From the NCBI GenBank assembly GCA_964016885.1, contig CAXHJY010000447.1, forward strand, positions 1 to 64,000: a DNA stretch of 64,000 nt. The letters are read 5' to 3'. The notes beneath the pieces were generated by a model. The model was given only the letters and a program-made list of their open reading frames with translations, had not been told where the DNA came from and ran no database searches. The translations under genes were made by a program, and so were the position numbers. The DNA comes from Eledone cirrhosa. Taxonomy: Eukaryota. Positions 55,044-64,000 of the stretch are shown here, one piece after another (position 1 is the first letter of the stretch; every line of letters begins with the position of its first letter).

Positions 55044-55782
55044 ACCGAAAACGATAAATGTAATAGAATGAAACGAAATTTTATTTCTCACTCTTAGTAT
55101 GGCACTTACTTAAATGTGAGTATGTATTTATACGTACATACGTATATGTATACAGACGTACAGTAGTATGTATATATATATACATACATGCACACATATA
55201 TATATATGCACGTATCGGTTTACCGAACATTTATTATAATGCTCGGTTTGATTGTTTGTAAACAAATAGCCTGAATTACTCCGTACAGTATTTTGGCAAC
55301 CCCGTCACCTTTTTGTTCAACACTGACACAGGAACGATGTATGTCGTTTTCGGTGCGCCCAGCCGACTGAACTCACTCGATATGCAAATTAGGCTGCTCA
55401 GCTGTTAATATGCATAAGGAAAGTATATAATTTCAGACGTTCAACCATCTGGCAGGAAGGTATACGATGCTGACGATAGCTAATAAGCTTGAAACTAGTA
55501 CATCGTTCCTGTGTCAGTGTTGAAGAAAAAGGTGACGAGGTTGCCTAAAAACTGTACGGCGTAATTCGGGCTGTTTGTTTGTTTACAAACAAACAAACCG
55601 AACATTATAATAAATGTTCGGTAAACCGATACGTGCATATATATATGTGTGCATGTATGTATATATATACATACTACTGTACGTCTGTATACATATATGT
55701 ATGTACGTATACATACATACATACTTACATTTAAGTAAGTGCCATACTAAGAGTGAGAAATGAAATTTCGTTTCATTCTATT
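55044..55782. mobile_element. Retrozyme-like element R1, second locus (inverted arms 55044-55341 minus, 55344-55782 plus)
   Basis: Homologous to 7923-8958 with a different permutation; (TA)n on both sides. Confidence 0.82.
55465..55505 (+). ncRNA. Minimal type I hammerhead ribozyme (R1)
   Basis: cgatg-CTGACGA-tagct aata agctt-GAAAC-ta-GTA-catcg; stem I covaries relative to the 8709 copy. Confidence 0.88.
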
Positions 55783-55783
55783 C

Positions 55784-55819
<36 letters not shown>

Positions 55820-55825
55820 AATATG

Positions 55826-55908
<83 letters not shown>

Positions 55909-55909
55909 G

Positions 55910-55972
<63 letters not shown>

Positions 55973-55995
55973 TTATATATGTATATATATATGTG

Positions 55996-56050
<55 letters not shown>

Positions 56051-56073
56051 TTATATATGTATATATATATGTG

Positions 56074-56168
<95 letters not shown>

Positions 56169-56178
56169 ATATATATAC

Positions 56179-56288
<110 letters not shown>

Positions 56289-56315
56289 ACATATATAAAT
56301 ATGTATATATATATG

Positions 56316-56346
<31 letters not shown>

Positions 56347-56350
56347 GTAC

Positions 56351-56383
<33 letters not shown>

Positions 56384-56384
56384 C

Positions 56385-56417
<33 letters not shown>

Positions 56418-56451
56418 CATATATATATACATATACATATATATATACATA

Positions 56452-56865
56452 CAGTATTTACGTATCGAGAAAGAGAAAAAAGGGGAGGATAGGTGATACA
56501 TATAGTTATTTGCCAAGTAGCGTATGCCAAAGGTGCTCGATACTAGTGCCGGCAGTATTAAATATTCGAAGTGTTAATATTTAGTGGGCTAGAGAGTTAG
56601 CAGAGCGTAAGCTCGTGGGAAAGTAAAAAATCGGAGAATAGACCGTTAAAACATGTTTATTTAAAACAGCACCTACGTACGTTTCGCCCAGTTGGGCTTC
56701 TCAAGGGCATAAATAATCACAAGTGTTCCTTATATTCCGAGCAATATAAGGAACACTTGTGATTATTTATGCCCTTGAGAAGCCCAGCTGGGCGAAACGT
56801 ACGTAGGTGCTGTTTTAAATAAACATGTTTTAACGGTCTATTCTCCGATTTTTTACTTTCCCACG
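56452..56865. mobile_element. Fold-back element with 123-bp near-perfect arms (56614-56865, 6-nt loop) and a variant hammerhead at 56770-56809
   Basis: tgcc-c-TTGAGAA-gccca gc tgggc-GAAAC-gtac-GTA-ggtg, followed by aataaa. Confidence 0.75.
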
Positions 56866-56963
56866 TATATATAAATATATATATACATATCTATACATAT
56901 ATATATATATACATATATATATACATATATATACATATATATGTATGTATGTATGTATCTATG

Positions 56964-57012
<49 letters not shown>

Positions 57013-57015
<3 letters not shown>

Positions 57016-57290
57016 TCATCATCATCATCATCATCATCATTATCATTTTACGTCTGCTTTTCCCTGCTTGCAAGGGTAGGGCGGGTCCGATTCAGCATCT
57101 CTCCACTTGTCACGGTCCTTCGTCATCTCCTTCGTGAGTTTCAGCGATCTTGAGGTCTGCTCTCACCACCTCCGCCCATGATGTTTTCCTCTATGCATCT
57201 TCCTTCTACTGGGATTTCTCGGCACTTCTTTACTCAGTGGTCATCCTCCATGCGCATCACATGTCCATACTATTGCAGTCTTCTCTTATG
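57013..57290 (-). mobile_element. RTE 3' end with (GAT)n tail
   Basis: Minus strand YGHVMRMEDD, RKTSWAEVVRADL..DRDKWR. Confidence 0.7.
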
Positions 57291-57949
57291 GAACGAAGCT
57301 TAATAAATACAATGTACACAGCATCGATCATTTCCTCCTCACTCATTAATTTCATTAAAACCGAATTATTATAATTTGAATACAACCGATTAGAGTGTAC
57401 ACTTAAACGTTAATCAGTGAGGAAGATGACTTCGTGTGGGTAGGAAGTTTTAGTTACCCGGACTTCTGCACCGGTTTCTGTGATTCTGAACTGCTGGTGG
57501 TGATCTGAATAGAACCACCATTGGCAGAAATTAAATAATGTTAGTATATATTACATAATTAGGCAAGAACTGCTTCGTCAGGAGAAGGATTCACCTCCAT
57601 GCAATGGAAAGTTCTGTATGGCTATCTTGTACACCAGGTTGGTGAACACAAGTGCTGTAGTATTAATCTTTAAACTTTCTGTGACAGGTGACATCACATG
57701 ACGTGGGAGGTAAGCCAGGCCTGACCAATTTACTGGGAACACATTTAATGAGAAGGAGTAAGAGAACAAGATTTTTTGCTCTATTTCCTGCTTATTTTCT
57801 CTTAGATTGTGGGGAATAGCCTGGAGTGTAGGGAATAACCTCGGAGAAGCCCCTATTGCATAAGGCTATATCATAGTAAGGAGCTGCCCTATCGAAACTG
57901 GCACGGTTAGGAGAGGTTAGATATCTGCTTACTAATATGTGGTATCTCA

Positions 57950-58200
57950 TAGAGCTGGTTTAAAAATTGCTTCCATAATCAGGAAACAACATTCAGATAC
58001 GCAAATAAAAGAAACACCACAAATTTGGAAAATAAAATACGGCATCTCAAAGACAAGAATATAGACGTCTCCATCAAATGAAAGATACTAGAAAAAGCTT
58101 GACTATATATAAATGGGCCTAGAGATTATGCCATGATGAAAAATGATGTATACTGAATAATCTCCACAACAATAACAAACTACTAAAGACATGTGCAGAT
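57950..58200 (+). mobile_element. Old PLE-C-like GIY-YIG C-terminal fragment
   Basis: Manual translation FKNCFHNQETTF..TNLENKIRHLKDKNIDVSIK*KILEKA, similar to 22490-22640. Confidence 0.55.
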
Positions 58201-58428
58201 TTCTTCTCACAATGGTCTCATGTTTTTAAGTGACTTTTAAAGAACTGGCCTCCTAAATATTGATTTATGTCTTTTTTAAACTATAGATTTTTCTAGCTCC
58301 TTGTAAATATTAGCTAATCTAGTGTTTGATCATGTTTTTTCGATCAAATTGTCTCCTCTATATCTGCACTGCATCTTCCAATGCATTGAGTATTCTCATG
58401 ATTTCTGGTCTCCCTGATCCCAGCAATA

Positions 58429-58514
<86 letters not shown>

Positions 58515-58519
<5 letters not shown>

Positions 58520-59175
58520 AGACTAAAACAAAATATCTGGTAGAGATTGTTGAGAAGCCAGAGGAGATCACTAATGTAGGCGGGAAGCCGCTAGAATTGG
58601 TTGAGGACTTCCTGTATTTGGGAGCAAAGATTGGGAATACGGAAGATGATGTGGTTGAGAGGAAGAGCAAAGCCTGGGCGGCGTGCCACAGCTTGAGATC
58701 GGTGTGGAAGTCGGACCTTCGTAAAGACCTGAAAATCCGTCTCTTCATTGCTGTAGTGGAGTCTGTGCTGCTGTACGGGTCTGAGACTTGGAGACTGACC
58801 AAGAAACTCACTCAGATGGTGGATGGGTGCTACACGAGAATGCTGAGGATGGCTCTGAACATTAATCAGTATACACTGAGGATGAAAAACTCAGAGCTGT
58901 ATGGGAGCCTCCCAAAAGTCAGCTCAAAAGTGACACAGAAGAGACTGAGGTTGGCTGGACATGCTCACCGATATCCAGAGTTGACATTGCACTCAGTGTT
59001 CTTGTGGGAGCCCCTACATGGACACACTGGAAGAGGAAGACCAAGGTTAACGTATGTTGATGCCCTAAGGACAGAAACTGGTCTGTTGGAGACGCAGGAC
59101 ATGGCAGCGATAATAAAGGACAGAGACCGCTGGAGAGAACTCGTCCATGAATCTCGGGAATTTTACCCGCCCTAG
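58515..59175 (+). mobile_element. 5'-truncated RTE LINE next to a (CT)n tract
   Basis: VEDFLYLG, VLLYGSETW, YTRMLRMAL, RLRLAGH, GRPRLTY. Confidence 0.88.
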
Positions 59176-59184
59176 AATAGAATA

Positions 59185-59410
59185 TACATACAAACTCAAA
59201 TAACACAATAGCTCTGGCTAGTAAAATTTGGCTTGTGGATAACAAACAAGAATAACAAATACTTTGGTCTAAATTATCTAATGCTAGAGCTTACTCGTAC
59301 GGAATGACCCAATGCAAATTATGTAATATGGAATTACTCCATATTTTACAATATAATAACAAATTATAAAATAACAAGATAGAATGCACTATATATTGTC
59401 AGTAGTGATA
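59185..59410 (+). mobile_element. Old PLE-C-like GIY-YIG C-terminal fragment
   Basis: Manual translation ALASKIWL..ILWSKLSNARAY..CKLCNMELLHIL. Confidence 0.55.
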
Positions 59411-60211
59411 TGCCAACACAATCATAAACTAGAAACCACAATAGATGGGATTCGATCCAATACTATAACTTCCCAGACATAACATTTGAAAACTAAGCGT
59501 CACTAGATAGTTTAAAGTACCTTTCTTACAACCATATTAGGATGCCAATATGTATAACTAGCATACCTTATCTTGCAAATTTAGCCATTTATCTACCCTT
59601 TATCTCAATTGCATCATAAATAATCAAATTACTTAACCAATCAAATGCAACCCACTGCCTCATGGAAGCCATAAATAACCCACCAGTCTATCAACATCAA
59701 AGGACGAACTCTTTACCAATCAGATGCAAGAGAAGCTGACAATGTAAAGACATACCTACATAGAATCTAAGAACGCACTCAATATGTCACCATCTCTTTC
59801 CTTCACATCTAGTATCATTTATTTTATTCTATTTCATAACATACTTTATATATCTCATTTTTTATTCTTCACATTCATTATATTATTCTATCTTGAATTT
59901 TTCACATCTCATATATCACTCCTACAACAAGTTTATTGCCCACCAAACATGTGAGTTGCTAAATTTATTTTAATTTTCATTTGATGTTTATATGATTTAA
60001 TATAAAATCGTATTGCTGATTCCGAAATCAGTGTTTTGAAAATTTGCCTAGTATAAGCAGTATTTAAAACCAAGTTTCCCAATAAGATTGATACCGATTT
60101 TAAAACATAATCAGTTGCATACTAGACAATGAAACATATGTTAATGCTTGGAATAAAACCCTATTGTATCGCTTACCGTGTTAATCATCATTCATTATAT
60201 ATATATATATA

Positions 60212-60590
60212 TAACCTTGATCACCTTGACCGACCAGTCTGTCGGGTGCCATTCGCCGCCGCTGGTCACAGCACGTTGCTGTTTTAGCCATACGATGACG
60301 CCATCCCACTGGCTGGGCGGGCAGGCCATAAGTCTAAAGTCTGTCTTAAGCCAGAAGGCTCATTTAGCCGGTCTTTATCCTGGTTTCATGGCGTGAAGCG
60401 ACTGAGAGTACAAGACTCCCCCCCCCCCCCTTGACAGGACGCCAGTCCATCGCAGGGTTAAACCTCCAGCTATTTCTGGTACTCATATTCAGCTAAGTAA
60501 ACTGGAGCAACGTGAAATAAAGGGTCTTACTCAAGGAAACAACACATCACTCGGTCCGAGAATTGAACTCACAACCTTTCGATTTCAAGC
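60212..60590 (-). mobile_element. tRNA-derived SINE with conserved central domain (V/Meta-like cctgcgatggactggcgtcc)
   Basis: Head shared with S2 (6350-6445); distinct 3' part. Confidence 0.65.
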
Positions 60591-60631
60591 TTATATATAT
60601 ATAGAAGTGGTTACACAACAGGTGCCACATC

Positions 60632-60671
60632 CCGAGCTGAAGATCCGCGAAGGTGAAACAATTGTTCTCGG
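60632..60671 (+). ncRNA. Minimal type I hammerhead at the apex of a fold-back (element 60602-60770)
   Basis: ccgag-CTGAAGA-tcc gcgaa ggt-GAAAC-aatt-GTT-ctcgg; flanked by a perfect 20-bp inverted repeat 60602-60621/60685-60704. Confidence 0.78.
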
Positions 60672-60785
60672 TATGGTGAACTAACTGTTGTGTAACCACT
60701 TCTACCTAACTCGTCCCTTGGACTGAGTGCTCTACCACTACGGATATTACCTTCCAGTGTTCCACCACTAATATATATATATATA

Positions 60786-62283
60786 TTTCGTTTCTGAATT
60801 TGTTTAGCAAGATTCTTTATCTGAAATCGTGTGTTGAAACCGATATTGTTATACTTTGGGAGGGTCATGTTGCCAATAAGAAACACACGCACCAGTTGCT
60901 TTCACTTCAATTTATTATAATAAATTTATAATAAATTTATAAATTTCTGGTTGGTTGGTTGGTTCCACAACCAGATAGTTGTTTATATATAGTCATAGTT
61001 CTTTTGTCACACACTCTGTGACCTCTTCAGTGACTGGGGATTCCTTTCTTTGTTTCTGTGCCTCTCCTTTGTTCTGTCCTACGCCATTTTGTTTCTGTGT
61101 GTGTGTTGTGACTCAGTCTGCGCATGCGCCACATCCGGGTGTCTGTGTGTGTTTATGTTCATTTATTTATTTGTTTATTTACATGTTACTGGTTGGTTGT
61201 TTGTTCTATGTGTGTATGTGTTTTCATTTTGTCCTTAATTGTAAGTTGTGATGTTGCTGTTCCACTCATATTTTCTATTTAATTTTGGTTGTAATTCTTT
61301 TATGTTTATTGCCTCTGTAATTTGTCTAAACATTGCGTCTTTTCTGTGTGTAGATTCTATTTTTATTTCTATGTTCTCTAATTTACCCTTGTGTTCTATT
61401 TTTGCATGTTAGTAGAGTACATATGATTCTTTATTATCTTGAAGGTCTCGCCAGTATTCATTTATCCGTTCCCCTACACTACGAGCTGTCTCACCTATGT
61501 ACACTATATTTTTGTCTCTACATTGTCCTTCAGTACATCTTATGCTATATATAACATTTCTAGTTTTACAGTTAATATGGGGGCTTAATTTACAGATTAT
61601 ACATTTCTTATCTTTACAGGGATGTCTTTGAAAAGGGTATGTATTGCTAATAAGTGTTTTTATGGAGGTACCTGGTCTTTCTACTATCTTACTATTGTGT
61701 TTATGTTTATCTAGGGCCCTTCTAAATGTGTAAGCTAATTCACCTCTAGGGGTTGTATCGATGAACATTACACTCTGGTATTTATTGCTATCATACCATG
61801 AGTTTATTCTATTAGCCTTGTTCCTAGTTCTTTCTATTCTATTCCAAAATTTGCTCCTATACACGGGGCAGTTCCCATTTATGTCATTATTTACCATTTT
61901 TTCCCATTTGGTTCTGGCTCCTCTATACACTCTGATTTTATCTCTCTGATTGTAGCCAGAGAACTGCATACGGTGGATGAAGTGTTGTATGTGTCTCCCT
62001 AGTTCTTCGGGGTTGCACATGCGGGACACATTTATCATCACCCGTACCAAATCCGCAATCAGTATGTTGATTTTGGTATGGTCCGAAACGGCCGAGTTTC
62101 GGTGGATCAGATGTTTGGAAGTCATGGGTTTGGCATAATGGGAATGGAGGATTTGTTTTTTGTTATTAATGGTATCTAACCAGAGCTCTGTGTCTAGTAC
62201 AGGTAATCGATGGTTGGGGTGTTTACTTGGGTAGTCTATAGTAACTCTAATGCTCTGGTGGATGGAGTTTGCTATTTGCTGTC
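60786..62283 (-). mobile_element. 5'-truncated PLE family B, second copy (RT thumb, GIY-YIG, pLTR with decayed HHR at 60991-61035)
   Basis: ORF 61409-62329 (QQIANSIH, LPVLD, YAKPM, CKDKKCIIC, YIGETARS); highly similar to 9067-10017. Confidence 0.9.
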
Positions 62284-62295
62284 TGATTTTGAGTT

Positions 62296-62370
62296 TATCT
62301 CCTGATGATCCCAACTCTGGATAATTCATATTTGGATGTCCTAAATAAGGAAGAAACCATGGTAGAGATA
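62296..62370 (+). ncRNA. Type I hammerhead (R2 copy 1)
   Basis: tatctc-CTGATGA-tcc[long loop]ggaa-GAAAC-catg-GTA-gagata; perfect 6-bp stem I, palindromic ACCATGGT. Confidence 0.8.
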
Positions 62371-62960
62371 TAATTACGGTATGTGCGCATTTCTTATGAG
62401 TTTAATTTTACTACTAATTGTGTGTGGTTGATGGTATATTTGGTCGGATTCTGCATGCTGCCGAAATGTTTGATAAATAATGGAACGGGGCTGCCGCGAA
62501 GAGGCTACGATCAATTGTTTGTCAGAGATTTCCCCGTAAGAAAATTTATTCTTAAAGCTTGCTAGATTTTATTTTGTATATGGCTAATTATGCTAATTAG
62601 AAGAAGAAATAGTATATATTTTAATATCTGATGATTCTATAGACATGATTTATGATATAATGCTCTGATTTTTTTTATTTTAATTTATTAATTCTTCATT
62701 GAGCTTAAAAGTGAACAGTTGCAACATATATATATATAATTTTATGTATGTGATAACCTTTATATTTAATAATCTCCCAATTGGTTGAGATTAAATTTGG
62801 CGATATATGGCTGCGCTTTCTAGCAGCAAGCCTACCCGCCGTAAGCAACCAATCACACGCTTTCTCTCTGGCTGGTACACAGCTACGTAGCGATTTTAGC
62901 CATTTTTGAATCTAAATTTGGCGCGATCGGTTAGAAAAACTAAATGTCTGATTTTGAGTT

Positions 62961-63035
62961 TATCTCCTGATGATCCTAACTCTGGATAATTCATATTTGG
63001 ATGTCCTAAATAAGGAAGAAACCATGGTAGAGATA
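62961..63035 (+). ncRNA. Type I hammerhead (R2 copy 2)
   Basis: Same motif 665 nt downstream. Confidence 0.8.
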
Positions 63036-63389
63036 TAATTACGGTATGTGCGCATTTCTTCTAAGTTTAATTTTACTACTAATTGTGTGTGATTGATGGT
63101 ATATTTGGTCGGATTCTGCATGCTGCCGAAATGTTTGATAAATAATGGAACGGGGCTGCCGCGAAGAGGCTACGATCAATTGTTTGTCAGAGATTTCCCC
63201 GTAAGAAAATTTATTCTTAAAGCTTGCTAGATTTGATTTTGTATATGGTTAATTATGCTAATTAGAAGAATAAATAGTATATATTTTAATATCTGATGAT
63301 TCTATAGACATGATTTATGATATAATGCTCTGATTTTTTGATTTTAATTTATTAATTCTTCATTGAGCTTAAAAGTGAACAGTTGCAAC

Positions 63390-64000
<611 letters not shown>

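Noticed and set aside
60012-60035. ctgattccgaaatcag as hammerhead core
   Set aside because: Lacks CUGANGA and stems; only a small hairpin

Overview
AT-rich, microsatellite-laden eukaryotic DNA with no convincing host protein-coding gene. The SINE, RTE and TTAA-MITE repertoire resembles what I recall from octopod cephalopod genomes (inference, not checked). Protein-coding traces are all retrotransposon relics: several RTE-clade LINE fragments (one with a PHD finger inserted inside the RT, one with three C2H2 fingers), an L1/Tx1-like LINE, two R4/Dong-like and one CRE-like REL-endonuclease LINE fragments, and three families of Penelope-like elements (PLEs; RT plus C-terminal GIY-YIG). Most other listed ORFs are (TA)n/(CA)n translation artefacts. 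The main hidden signal is RNA-level: read by eye, the window holds more than 15 type I hammerhead ribozyme (HHR) or HHR-like motifs in about 10 sequence families. They lie in PLE pseudo-LTRs and in short non-coding elements inserted in (TA)n tracts as tandem or fold-back arrays. The two best candidates are retrozyme-like non-autonomous elements. One has a ~418-bp tandem unit (7.9-9.0 kb and 55.0-55.8 kb) with a covarying HHR stem. The other is a 665-bp-period repeat (62.3-63.4 kb) fused head-to-head to a PLE. All folds and alignments were done by eye; none was computed.
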